Below the pieces are notes generated by a model. It was not told the origin of the DNA, made no database searches, and worked only from the letters and a program-made list of their open reading frames with translations. Positions 49,701 through 59,743 of a stretch of 64,000 nucleotides of DNA are shown here, piece after piece. Origin of the DNA: Leucoraja erinacea (lineage: Eukaryota). Numbering within the stretch: position 1 is the first letter of the stretch; the number at the start of each line of letters is the position of its first letter. The position numbers and the translations under genes are program-made. The stretch is from NCBI RefSeq assembly GCF_028641065.1, contig NW_026576619.1:248001-312000 (forward strand), read 5' to 3'.

Positions 49701-52700
49701 GGGACCCAGCACAGGCTGGTCAAACAACACAGGGCCCGACACCAGACCAGACACCCCCACCACCCCACACCCAGACCACCCCTACCCAGACCACCCACGA
49801 CCAGACCACAACCTGAGGACCCAGCACAGGCTGGTCAACAACACAGGGTCCGAGCAGATGCACCCAGACCGCCCACACCAGACCACACCCCACCACCCCA
49901 GACCACCCCCACCGCCCCACACCCAGACCACCCCCCCACCGCCCCACACCCTGACCAACCCACAAACCAGACCGCCCCCACCCTGACCACCCCCTACCAG
50001 ACCACAACCTGGGGACCCAGCACAGGCTGGTCAGCAACACAGGGTCCGAGCAGATGCACCCAGACCGGCCCCTACCCAGACCACAACCTGGGGACCCCCA
50101 GCACAGGGTGGTCAGACACCCAGGGTCCGAGCAGATGCACCCCAGACCACCCCTACCCAGACCCCCCCACGACCAGACCACAACCTGGGGACCCAGCACA
50201 GGCTGGTCAACAACACAGGGTCCGAGCAGATGCACCCAGACCACCCACCCCTACCCAGACCACCACCCCCACCACCCAACACCCAGCACAGGCTGGTCAA
50301 CACAGGGTCCGAGCCTATGCACCCAGACCACCCACTACCAGACCACAACCTGGGGACCCAGCACAGGCTGGTCAACAACACAGGGTCCGAGCAGATGCAC
50401 CCAGACCACCCCTACGCCCCCACACCCTGACCACCCACGACCAGACCACAACCTGGGGACCCAGCACAGGCTGGTCAGCAACACAGGTTCCGAGCAGATG
50501 CACCCAGACCGGCCCCACCCAGACCCCCCCACCGCCCCCCGCCAGACCCCCACCCCGCCTCACACCCTGACCCACCACACCCCGACCAACCACCCCCACC
50601 TTGTGAATCAATGGCCAAGACAGAAGCCCCTCAGTGGCACCAACTCCCTCTCACCCACCCCGGCCACCATAACTGGTGAAGCAAGATGCTGGCTTGGACC
50701 CAGCCCCTGATCACCCCGACTCACTCACCCCCACCCACCCTGATCACCCCGACTCACTCACCCCCACACTCACCTGTTGCGGAGGCTGATGTTTTCGGGT
50801 TTGAATACTTCCCGGTACGCCATCTTGTTGCTGACAATTGCATCTAATCGATGAACTGCTTCCACCACGGCCCTGAAAGACAGCAGGTCACAGCTCACAA
50901 ATCGCAGCTCACAAATCGCAGCTCACAACACACAGCGGGTCACAGCTCACAACACACCCGAGCCTACAACATGTATCATCACATCTATTGCCGTTCCAAC
51001 CCCTCCTCTCCTTCACCACCTCTGCTGGACCAAGCCCAGCACCAACCACAGTGACAAAGGGCGGCACAGAGTCGCAGCGGGTAGAGCTGCTGCCTCACAG
51101 CGCCAGTCACCTGGGTTTGATCCCGACTATGGGTGCTGTACGTTCTCCCCCGTGACCTGCGTGGGTTTTCTCTGAGATCTTCGGTTTCCTCCCACACTCC
51201 AAAGACGTACAGGTTTCATAAGGTCATAATTGATAGGAGTAGAATTAGGCCATTTGGCCCATCCAGTCCACTCCGCCATTCGATCATGGCTGATCTATCT
51301 CTCCCTCCTAACCCCATTCTCCTGCCTTCTCCCCATAACCTCTGACACCTGCACTGATCAACAATCTATCTATCTCTGCCTTAAAAATATCCACTGACTT
51401 GGTCTCCACAGCCGTCTATGGCAAAGAATTCCACAGATTCACCACCCTCTGACTAAAGAAATTCCCCCTCCTCTCCACCCTAAAGGGACGTCCTTCAATT
51501 CTGAGGCTGTGCCCTCTGGTCCTAGACTCTCCCACCAGTGGAAACATCCTCTCCACATCGACTCTATCCAGGCCTTTCACTATTCTGTAAGTTTCAATGA
51601 GGTTCCCCCTCAACCTTCTAAACTCCAGCAAGTCAATTTGTTGAGGTAAAGGATGAGTTATGTTGAATGAATGAGCAGATGTGAGTGGGTTTGTGTGCAG
51701 TCTCTTCCACTTATAGACCAGCTTCCACATTAAGGAGTTGACACACTGTTCCCCCTCTCCCACTCCTCCTGTCACAAGCACTCTGCCAGTTTTGCAGTCT
51801 TTCTGTTATCTAGTTTGTAACAATTCTCACTTATCTGCTGCAGTAATGGATGCTGCTCAGGGCACTTGGGAAACGTACACAGTAATTGTTGATTAGTACA
51901 GTTACCCGTGATTGAATGGCGGAGTAGACAATGGGCCGAATGGCCTAATTCTGCTCCTATCCCTTATGACGTCACGGCTTTGAACATACTCAATGCCAGA
52001 GACCCCACTGGCTAGAAAAATCCTGGAGATTCAATGGTCCCTGAATTTCTTACCTCAGCCCAGAATGGCCAAACCCTACTTGAAATCTGTGCCAGACTCA
52101 CCTAGATACAGTACACCACATACAGCAAGCCATGTAGCAACTATTTTGTTAGGTATCCTTATAATCATGTTCACTTCAGTGAAATCTACTCAGTGGCCTT
52201 CAACAGAAATGTAATCCTATTCCATTTATAGAACCAGCTTCCTCAATCCAAGATTCCAGGGAGAGGTGACCTTACGATGCCCTGAGACAGAGATTTACAT
52301 GTTCATCTAGACCAAGGTAAATGGACAAAACTTTAAGGCACAGTAATCTTTACTTAAATTGGCCACACAGGAGTGGAGGTTGCATATTCTCAAGTTTCCC
52401 AACCGAACAACCAACGTGAAAGTCAGAACCCGAGCTTAGTATCTGTAGCTTAGTATCTGAAACATAGAAAATAGGTGCAGGAGGCCATTTAGCCCTTCGA
52501 GCCTGCACAGCTATTCATTGTGATCATGGCTGATCATCCTCAATCAGTAGCCCATTCCTGCCTTCTCCCCATATCCCTCAATTCCACTAGCCCCTAGAGC
52601 TCTATCTAACTCTATTTTAAATTCATCCACTGCCTCCCTTCTGTGGCAGAGAATTCCACAAATTCACAACTCTCTGGGTGAAAAAGCTTTTTCTCATCTC

Positions 52701-54313
52701 AATTTTAAATGGCCTCCGCTTTATTCTTAGACTATGGCCTCTGTTTCTGGGCTCCCCAATCATTGGGGAAATGTTTTCTTGCATCTAGCTTGTCCAGTCC
52801 TTTTATAATTTTATATGTTTCTATAAAATACCCTCTCATCCTTCTAAATTCCAGTGAATGCAACCCTACTCTTCCCAATCTTTCCCCATATGACAGTCCC
52901 ACCAATTTGGGATTAACCAGGTGAACCTAAGCTGCACTCCCTCAATAGCAAGGATGTCCTTCCTCAAATTTGGAGATGGGTCCCGAACCTGTACGTCACC
53001 TATCCATGTTCTCCAGAGATGCTGCCTCACCCGCTGAGTTATTCCAGTTTTTTGTGTCCATCTTTAGTGTCAACTCATCAGGTTTACAGCTGTATATTGT
53101 TGGCAGCCTTGGCTGAATGCTGATTTAATTTTACGCCATAACCACAAAAAGCCTTGCTCACCCTCTCCTATACCATCAGTCCAGGCTCAATGAGCAGCAG
53201 GTTTATCAGACCTCACTTACACCACTCTCGACAGACAACAATACGCCTTACACTGCCAGTGGGGCTGGAAGTGCTGCACTCTCAGGGGAACATCCCATCC
53301 CATCTCACTCTCCTGTTTCCCGTCCCGTCCCCCCCCCCCCCCCCCCCGTCTCTCACTACCTACCCCTCTAACCTCCCCTCTAACCTCCTTCCCCTCTCCC
53401 TCACCACATACCCATTCCCAACTCTCCGTCTGCCCTCCCTAACTATCTACCCCTCCCCTCGAACCTCCTATCCATCACTCCCTCACTACCTGCCCACTCC
53501 CCTCCCTCACTATCTCCCCTCAGACCTCATTACCCCATCACTATCACTCCCCTCCTCTACCCTGATACCCCACCCTCCGCTCCCCCAACAACTGCTTCCC
53601 CCACCCTAGCCCTGTGTCCACCCCTGACCCCTGGCCCTGTGTCCACCCCTGACCCCTGGCCCTGTGTCCACCCCCAGCCCCCTGTGTCCACCCCTGACCC
53701 CCTGGCCCTGTGTCCACCCCTGACCCCTGGCCCTGTGTCCACCCCCAGCCCCCTGTGTCCACCCCCAGCCCCCTGGCCCTGTGTCCACCCCTGACCCCCT
53801 GGCCCTGTGTCCACCCCCCAGCCCCCCTGTGTCCACCCCCAGCCCCCTGGCCCTGTGTCCACCCCCAGCCCCCTGGCCCTGTGTCTCACCCCCCCCCCCC
53901 TGGCCCTGTGTCTCACCCCCCAGCCCCCTGGCCCTGTGTCCACCCCCAGCCCCCTGGCCCTGTGTCTCACCCCCACCCCCCCTGGCCCTGTGTCTCACCC
54001 CCCAGCCCCCTGGCCCTGTGTCCACCCCCAGCCCCTGGCCCTGTGTCCACCCCCCAGCCCCCTGGCCCTGTGTCCACCCCCAGCCCCCTGGCCCTGTGTC
54101 CACCCCCAGCCCCCTGGCCCTGTGTCCACCCCCAGCCCCCTGGCCCTGTGTCCACCCCCAGCCCCCTGGGCCCTGTGTCCACCCCCAGCCCCCTGCCCTG
54201 GGTCCAGCCCTGACCCCTGACCCACCTGTGTCTCACCGGTACAACCGCTTTGTGTGCAGGAGTTTGGCGTCAGATTCACCCTCGGTTTCGCCGTCAGGGT
54301 CGGGATGGTTCAT
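28623..54313 (-). CDS. SMG5: SMG5 nonsense-mediated mRNA decay factor; about 20 coding exons visible, several garbled, two expected exons not found
   Basis: Exon peptides match recalled SMG5 in order, from LLHTKRLYR-AVVEAVHRLD through GMPFNQLGTLAGSKYYNV and KQYSAAIAFTLAL to DFYKQWKEMG*. Confidence 0.96.
29008..29146 (-). CDS. SMG5: SMG5 exon (PIN domain)
   Basis: HLYKILDSCKQLTVSQGSGEEEVAGMVTILT; CAG|gtaagc. Confidence 0.92.
29405..29479 (-). CDS. SMG5: SMG5 exon
   Basis: YIRCQRETGRSVDRHKLKRHDLDAW. Confidence 0.9.
29560..30845. mobile_element. Nested LINEs: a + strand CR1 (29560-29965 and 30530-30845) interrupted by a - strand CR1 RT fragment (29965-30527)
   Basis: - strand GVPQGSVRGPQLFTIYINDL..SKFADDTKLGG RT motifs, flanked by two parts of the + strand family. 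Confidence 0.85.
30850..31525. repeat. 15-bp C-rich minisatellite
   Basis: Unit CAGACACCGCTCCCC. Confidence 0.9.
33268..33429 (-). CDS. SMG5: SMG5 exon (start of PIN domain; contains indels)
   Basis: LEVSQLEG.. SQYIIPNTQAICQQLPNIRHLASSSRFIIIIPRK. Confidence 0.82.
33890..33950 (-). CDS. SMG5: SMG5 exon (contains indels)
   Basis: AEEEA..RNRLMRDM. Confidence 0.7.
34433..34597 (-). CDS. SMG5: SMG5 exon (contains indels)
   Basis: VRICCIRSFGH..ENLLEQTQA..RM|gt. Confidence 0.8.
35170..35780 (+). mobile_element. CR1/HER1-type LINE fragment (degraded)
   Basis: KDIIAIEGVQRRFTRLIPGMSGLSYEERLDRLGLYSLE. Confidence 0.8.
36006..37240 (-). CDS. SMG5: Three garbled SMG5 exons (~37240-37010, 36689-36615, ~36310-36006)
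   Basis: Remnants SLEK..GLLTTVQV, cag|SSQS.WN and TLEE|gt occur in the expected order. Confidence 0.55.
38246..38936 (-). CDS. SMG5: SMG5 large central exon (3' half contains indels)
   Basis: RLCQLRRRR..SDLSEGFDSD..SEGSDSGS..DSDMNSQESRSDL..IASNLHALS. Confidence 0.88.
39120..39445. repeat. G-rich minisatellite (GGGTCAGGGTGGGGTTGG)n with G-quadruplex potential
   Basis: Directly visible. Confidence 0.85.
39484..39625 (-). CDS. SMG5: SMG5 exon
   Basis: GMKQYSAAIAFTLALFFSHLVNHVNIRLQAELEEGE; the 3' boundary is approximate. Confidence 0.88.
39933..40141 (-). CDS. SMG5: SMG5 exon
   Basis: TSICQSVLEDFNLCLFYLPSS..FLPDLLVFHMLLICLMSVHSLKKT. Confidence 0.93.
40555..40910. repeat. 29-bp minisatellite
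   Basis: Unit TGGTGCCCAGCGTTCCCAGAACCTCTCCA, ~12 copies. Confidence 0.92.
41005..41260 (-). mobile_element. HE1-like SINE
   Basis: - strand GGCACGGTGGTGCAGCGGGTAGAGTTGCTGCCTCACAGCGCCAGAGACCCGGGTTCCATCC head. Confidence 0.75.
42175..42570. repeat. Composite minisatellite
   Basis: CACACAGCAGCAAGCCCAGACTGTCTGATACACAC units with or without TGGGTAAGGATGGGACC. Confidence 0.88.
42647..42715 (-). CDS. SMG5: SMG5 exon
   Basis: SRDIKRLLVSFMYLQSLLQPKH; AG|gtgagt. Confidence 0.92.
43760..44390 (+). mobile_element. CR1/HER1-type LINE 3' fragment
   Basis: ORF 43900-44442 is the ORF2 C-terminus; TATGTTTC tail. Confidence 0.9.
44436..44514 (-). CDS. SMG5: SMG5 exon
   Basis: GMPFNQLGTLAGSKYYNVDATYYYLR. 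Confidence 0.93.
44750..44839 (-). CDS. SMG5: SMG5 exon
   Basis: ARYQNELSGVDTEQLAERFYHQSLSVAPHV. Confidence 0.93.
44860..45345. repeat. (GAGTGACGGGAC)n-type minisatellite
   Basis: Directly visible, abutting the SMG5 acceptor. Confidence 0.9.
45480..46370 (-). mobile_element. CR1-type LINE fragments
   Basis: YRIVKGLDRVDVERMFPLVGESRTRGHSLRIKG on the - strand. Confidence 0.8.
46474..46563 (-). CDS. SMG5: SMG5 exon 5
   Basis: GRRKLVTASGKEMEWAQMACHRCLMYLGDL; G|gtaagt. Confidence 0.93.
46786..46813 (-). ncRNA. Second minimal hammerhead ribozyme core
   Basis: ggt-CTGAAGA-C-GGGTCTCAACCC-GAAA-CGTC-acc. Confidence 0.5.
47504..47660 (-). CDS. SMG5: SMG5 exon 4
   Basis: HIHSRSALECAYRTHLIAGIGFYQHLLLYVQSHYQLELHSSIDWTHVTDPLI. 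Confidence 0.95.
47695..48110. repeat. ~55-bp LINE-derived minisatellite
   Basis: CTCTCCCTGTAG(C/G)TGAACCCCTCTAATCCAGGCAACTCTGGTAAA units. Confidence 0.8.
48617..48690 (-). pseudogene. tRNA-Ile-derived pseudogene (anticodon GAT)
   Basis: AGAGCCTGGTGCTGATAATGCACAAGGTCATGGGTTCGGTTCCTGTACGGGTCA resembles the 3' two-thirds of vertebrate tRNA-Ile. The 5' acceptor strand and D-arm are not intact. Confidence 0.6.
48957..49077 (-). CDS. SMG5: SMG5 exon 3 (contains indels)
   Basis: LRELCVKLM..VDYGRKAEE..YYEVIQ..NKK|gt. Confidence 0.85.
49078..50560. repeat. Minisatellite amplifying the SMG5 exon 3 acceptor region
   Basis: CCTGGGGACCCAGCACAGGCTGGTCAACAACACAGGGTCCGAGCAGATGCACCCAGACC units. Confidence 0.88.
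50774..50872 (-). CDS. SMG5: SMG5 exon 2
   Basis: AVVEAVHRLDAIVSNKMAYREVFKPENISLRN. Confidence 0.94.
51060..51630. mobile_element. HE1-like SINE (+, 51060-51215) abutting a CR1 fragment (-, 51225-51630)
   Basis: SINE head, plus LEFRRLRGNLIETYRIVKGLDRVD on the - strand. Confidence 0.78.
52460..52975 (-). mobile_element. CR1/HER1-type LINE fragment
   Basis: AACATAGAAA tail and the reverse-complemented ORF2 end. Confidence 0.8.
53605..54200. repeat. ~26-bp minisatellite in SMG5 intron 1
   Basis: CCCTGGCCCTGTGTCCACCCCCAGCC units. Confidence 0.9.
54237..54313 (-). CDS. SMG5: SMG5 first coding exon
   Basis: gacATG; MNHPDPDGETEGESDAKLLHTKRLYR; CG|gtgaga. Confidence 0.92.
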
Positions 54314-54516
54314 GTCTGCGGCCGGTGGCGGGTCCGGGGCCGGGTGGGTCCCCGTGGGACAGTGTCGGGGCCTCAGGGCCGGAGCCCCGGGTGTAGAGCC
54401 GGGGCCGGGGCAGGCTGAGCGGGGTCCCCTCAGTGCAGGGGGGGGCCGGGTGAGCAGGGCCGGGCCGTGTGTGTGTGGGGGTGTAGCCGGGTGGGAGTCG
54501 GTGTCGGGCCTTCACT

Positions 54517-54610
54517 TCAGTCTCCGCCAGTCGCCGCCATTTTCCCGGCCTCGCCGCCGCCGCCGCTCTCGCGACACTTGCACCCACGTGACGCGCACAC
54601 AGACCCCTCG
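54517..54610 (-). promoter_or_regulatory. SMG5 CpG-island core promoter / 5' UTR with YY1, TCTCGCGA and E-box motifs and a 7-aa uORF
   Basis: CGCCATTTT at ~54535-54543, TCTCGCGA at 54567-54574, CACGTGAC at 54585-54592. uORF ATG at 54540 to TGA at 54517 encodes MAATGGD. Confidence 0.65.
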
Positions 54611-54614
54611 GCCC

Positions 54615-55080
54615 TCCCCGCCCCTGCTAGCCCACTCCCTCCACTCCACTCCCCGCCCCTGCTAGCCCACTCCCTCCACTCCACTCCCCGCCCCTGCTAG
54701 CCCACTCCCTCCACTCCACTCCCCGCCCCTGCTAGCCCACTCCCTCCACTCCACTCCCCGCCCCTGCTAGCCCACTCCCTCCACTCCACTCCCCGCCCCT
54801 GCTAGCCCACTCCCTCCACTACACTCCCCGCCCCTGCTAGCCCACTCCCTCCACTACACTCCCCGCCCCTGCTAGCCCACTCCCTCCCACTCCACTCCCC
54901 CGCCCCTGCTAGCCCACTCCCTCCACTCCACTCCCCGCCCCTGCTAGCCCCACTCCCTCCACTCCACTCCCCGCCCCTGCTAGCCCACTCCCTCCACTAC
55001 ACTCCCCGCCCCTGCTAGCCCACTCCCTCCACTACACTCCCCGCCCCTGCTAGCCCACTCCCTCCACTCCACTCCCCGCC
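54615..55080. repeat. 35-bp VNTR (~13 copies), each with a GC box
   Basis: Unit CCCCGCCCCTGCTAGCCCACTCCCTCCACTCCACT. Confidence 0.93.
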
Positions 55081-55139
55081 AGAACCAGGGGTCACTGTTT
55101 AAGAATAATTAACAGAAAACCAATGGTATATTAGCTTTC

Positions 55140-56300
55140 ATTATAAATGTGAGGTTATCCATTTTGGTGGCAAAAATGGGAAAGTGGGTGAGTGGGCAAA
55201 TGCATGGCAGATGCAGTATAATGTGGATAAATGTGAGGTTATCCATTTTGCTGCCAAAAACAGGAAAGCAGACTATTATCTAAATGGTGGCCAATTAGGA
55301 AAGGGGGAGATGCAGCGAGACCTGGGTGTCATGGTACACCAGTCATTGAAAGTAGGCATGCAGGTGCAGCAGGCAGTGAAGAAAGCGAATGGTATGTTAG
55401 CTTTCATTGCAAAAGGATTTGAGTACAGGAGCAGGGAGGTTCTACTGCAGTTGTACAGGGTCTTGGTGAGACCATACCTCAAAGTTCAAAGTTCAAAGTA
55501 AACTTTATTGTCAATTCAATTATGCAACAGTAGTTACACAGAGGATTGAAATTACGTTTCCCCATACTCCAAATGTGCAAGTAATATTAAAAACACAGAC
55601 AGACAACATACCAATAAAAATAGACAATAGACATTACGCAGCAGGCAGTGAAGAAAGCCAATGGTATGTTAGCTTTCACAGCAAAAGGATTTGAGTACAG
55701 GAGCAGGGAGGTTCTACTGCAGTTGTACAGGGTCTTGGTGAGACCACACCTGGAGTATTGCGTACAGTTTTGGTCTCCAAATCTGAGGAAGGACATTCTT
55801 GCCATAGAGGGAGTACAGAGAAGGTTCACCAGACTGATTCCTGGGATGTCAGGACTGCCTTATGAAGAAAGACTGGATAGACTTGTTTTATACTCTCTAG
55901 AATTTAGCAGATTGAGGGGGGATCTTATAGAAATTTACAAAAATCTTAAGGGGTTGGACAGGCTAGATGCAGGAAGATTGTTCCCGATGTTAGGGAAGTC
56001 CAGGACAAGGGGTCACAACTTAAGGATAAGGGGGAAATCCTTTAAAACCGAGATGAGAAGAACTATTTTTCACACAGAGAGTGGTGAATCTCTGGAACTC
56101 TCTGCCACAGAGGGTAGTCGAGGCCAGTTCATTGGCTATATTTAAGAGGGAGTTAGATGTGGCCCTTGTGGCCAAGGGGATCAAGGGTATGGAGAGAAGG
56201 CAGGTACGGGATACTGAGTTGGATGATCAGCCATGATCATATTGAATGGCGGTGCAGGCTCGAAGGGCCGAATGGCCTACTCCTGCACCTAATTTCTATG
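55140..56300 (+). mobile_element. CR1/HER1-type LINE with internal duplication and insertion
   Basis: ORFs 55184-55501 and 55648-56145 encode the RT C-terminus; interrupted at ~55480-55635. Confidence 0.88.
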
Positions 56301-57689
56301 TTTTCTAGTCCCTGCTTTCTACACTCCCCGCCCCTGCTAGCTCACTCCCTCCACTCCACTCCCCGCCAGAACCAGGGGTCACTGTTTAAGAATAATTAAC
56401 AAGACATGATCACAATCGAGCCGTCCACAGTGTACAGATAGTGGATAAAGGGAATGACGTTTAGTGCAATACAAAGTCTAGTAAAATCCGATTAAAGATA
56501 GTCCAAGAGTCTCCAGTGAGGTGGATAGTAGTTCAGGACCGCTCTCTAGTTGGTGATAGGACCTGTTCAGCTGCCTGATAACAGCCGGGATGAAACTATC
56601 CCTGAATCTGGAGGTAGACAAAAATGCTGGAGAAACAGCGGGTGGGGCAGCATCTATGGAGCGAAGGAATAGGTGACGTTTCGGGTCGCTACCTCACCCG
56701 CTGAGTTTCTCCAGCATTTTTGTCTACCATCGATTTTTCCAGCAACTGCGGTTCTTTCTTCAACAACCTGTGCGTTTTCCCACTTCTGTGCCTCTTGCCT
56801 GCGTTGGAATGAACTGCAGATGCTGGTTTACACTGAAAAGACACAAAATGCTGGAGTAACTCAGAGGGACAGGCAACATCTCTGGAGAGAAGAATTGGGT
56901 GACGTGTAGGTTCGAGACCCTTCTCCCTGACTCTTGCCTGATGGGAGAAGAGGGATTGACCGGGGTGCGACTGGACTTTGATTACGAGATTGCGGGGACC
57001 TATTTCTTGGGATCGGTGAAGCCTCTGGAATTGCAAACATTCCAGGCCATCGTATAAACCTACAGAGAATTGACCACACAGGTCGGATTGACCAATGGAC
57101 CTCGATCCCCCTCCCCCTGCCGTTGCCTTTAACCGCTCGCCCCACCCCTTTGACAAGGTGGATCATATTTCCAGCCGAACAGGTTTGTAAAGTGCAGGAA
57201 GTGAAGCGCACGAAAATACAGCGTAAGGAGTGTAACACTGTGTTTGTTGGGCCCTTCATCCCAACGCTTGGCTGACGGCTCCTGGAATCGAAACCCAAGC
57301 TCAGTCTAAGCCTCTAGACCTCAGCGAGACTGCCCGGAGAACTAAGGTAGGGTTAGGCGGACACAACATGCTGGGGTAACTCAGCGGGACAGGCAGTATC
57401 TCTGGTCGAAAGTTACCATCGACTTCCTGCGTCTAATTGGTTCCCAGGTGAACCCAGGCCACGCCTGCCATTGGCCCAGAACCACCTTGTTTATCATTTT
57501 TGCCCCGAGCTCACCCAATCAGAGCAGGGGTGGAGGGGTCAGGCATAAGAGATAGGCGCAGATTTTGACCATTCGGCCCATCAAGTCGACCCCGCCATTC
57601 AACCACCAATGAAAGGCTCAGAGTTTATTGTCACGTGTACCGAGGTACAGTGAAAAACTTTTGTTGCGTGCTATCCAGTCAATGTCAAT

Positions 57690-58017
57690 GGATTGTTCCC
57701 GATGTTGGGGAAGTCCAGAACAAGGGGTCACAGTTTAAGGATAAGGGGGAAATCTTTTAGGACCGTGATGAGGAAAACATTTTTCACACAGAGAGTGGTA
57801 AATCTGTGGAATTCTCTGCCACAGAAGGTAGTTGAGGCCACAGTTCATTGGCTATATTTAAGAGGGAGTTAGATGTGGCCCTTGTGGCTAAATGGATCAG
57901 GGGGTATGGAGAGAAGGCAGGAACAGGATACTGAGTTGGATGATCAGCCATGATCATATTGAATGGCGGTGCAGGCTCGAAGGGCCGAATGGCCTACTCC
58001 TGCACCTATTTTCTATG
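57690..58017 (+). mobile_element. CR1/HER1-type LINE 3' fragment
   Basis: Same family as 3165-3525. Confidence 0.85.
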
Positions 58018-58729
58018 GAGCGAAGGAAGGGTTCGACCCGAAACGTTGCCTATTTCCCTCGCTCCATAGATGCTGCCTTCCCGCTGAGTTACTCCATCAC
58101 TCTGTGTAGTTTCTCGGCCCTGCCCTGCCCTACGTTGGAATGTAACTCGGGCCTGTCTCAGCCCGGGCGCTGCCGGCAGCAGCTTGCATCGTCTAGGACA
58201 TTCACAGCGTCACTGCAGGCAGCCGGGGCCCTGCTTGAAACGCTGTCCCTTCCCGCCCCAGCCCCGAGGAGAGACCGGGATATGTCTGCAGTTGCCCGAC
58301 ACACGCAAACCATGACAGCTCGGTCGGTGCCAGACAGGCAGCAGCACAAATATGCTCAGCTAGCCGCCCCCTCCTCCCGTCCCCTCCCCTCACCCCTCCT
58401 ACCCTACCCCTTACCACCCCTCACCACCCCTCTCCCCTCACCCCCTCCCTCCTCACCATCCCTCCTACTCTCCCCCCTTACCACCCCTCCCCTCCTACCC
58501 TCTCTCTCTCCCTCCCGTCCCCTCCCCTCACCCCTCCTACCCTCTCCCCTCACCACCCCTCCCCTCACCCCTCCTTCCCTCCCCATCACCACCTTCTCCC
58601 GCAAATAATTTAAGCATAGATAGCCGCCTCCACCCCTCTTCTACCCTGCCCTCTCCCCCCGCTGTCTTTCTCCCCGCCCTTACCCTAAACCACCCTCCCC
58701 TCATCTTTCTACCCCTCCCCATCCCTCCA

Positions 58730-59700
58730 CACACCCTCAATGTGTCGCCTGCACCACAGGTTACGTTCAGTGTCCCTGGGGTCAATATCACCAGGGAGGG
58801 GGTTGGTATGGTCTGTCCCTGGGGGTGGGGAGAGGGTACGGTCTGTTCCCCTGGGGGTGAGGAGGGGTGAGGGTCTGTGTCCCGGGGGGTGGGGAGAGGA
58901 CAGTGGGATCTGTTCCTCAGGGGGTGAGGAGGTTGGGGGGGTGTAAGGTCAAAATCACCAGGGGTTGGGAAACACTATACTGTCAGTGTCTGTGTACCCC
59001 CATCCCCTCCAGTGTGTCGTCTGTACCACAGGTTGCGTTTAGTGTCCGGGGGGTCAATATCACCAGGGAAGGGAGAGGGGGATGGGTCTGTCCCTGAGGG
59101 TGGGGTGAGGGAAGCGTGTGATCTGTTCCCCAGGGGGTGAGGAGGGGGGGGGGGGGGGTCTGTGTCCCAGAGGGTGGGATTTGTGTTCCTGGGGGTGGGG
59201 TGGGGTCAATATTCCCAGGGGGTGGGGGAGGGGGGAGAGTCTGTTCCCCAGGGGGGGGGGGAGGGGTCTGTGTCCCAGGGGTGGGATTTGTGTGCCTGGG
59301 AGTGGGGTCAATATTCCCAGGGGGGTGGGGAGAGGGTAGTGTGGGATCTGTTCCTCAGGGGGTGAGGGGAGGGTCTGTTCCCCTGGGGGAGGAGGGGGGG
59401 GGGTCTGTGTCCCAGGGAGTGGGGTGGGTCGGATCTGTGTCCCAGAGGGTGGGATTTGTGTTCCTGTGGGTGGGGTGGGGTCAATATTCCCCGGGGGTGA
59501 GAGAGGGAAGCGAGGGACCTGTTCCCCTTGGAGGGGGGGGTTGGGTGTAGGGTCTGTCCCCGGGGGTGGGGAGAGGGAAGCGAGGGACCTGTTCCCCTGG
59601 GGGTGAGGAGGGGGGTTGGGTGTAGGGTCTGTCCCTGGGGGTGGGGGTGAGGGGAGAGTCTGTTCCACAGGGGGTGGGAAACACTATGCTGTCAGTCCCC
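58730..59700. repeat. G-rich complex minisatellite upstream of the TMEM79 coding exon
   Basis: Repeated GGGTCTGT(G/T)CCC, GGGGTCAATAT and GGGATTTGTG units. Confidence 0.75.
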
Positions 59701-59743
59701 CACCCACCCTCTCCGCGCTCCGTCTCCACAGAAGCCGCCTGCC

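Noticed and set aside
57090-57350. TMEM79 promoter and non-coding first exon (CCAAT, CAGGAAGTG, AAG|GTAGGG at 57346)
   Set aside because: Plausible, but the motifs are too short to support a call without transcript data.
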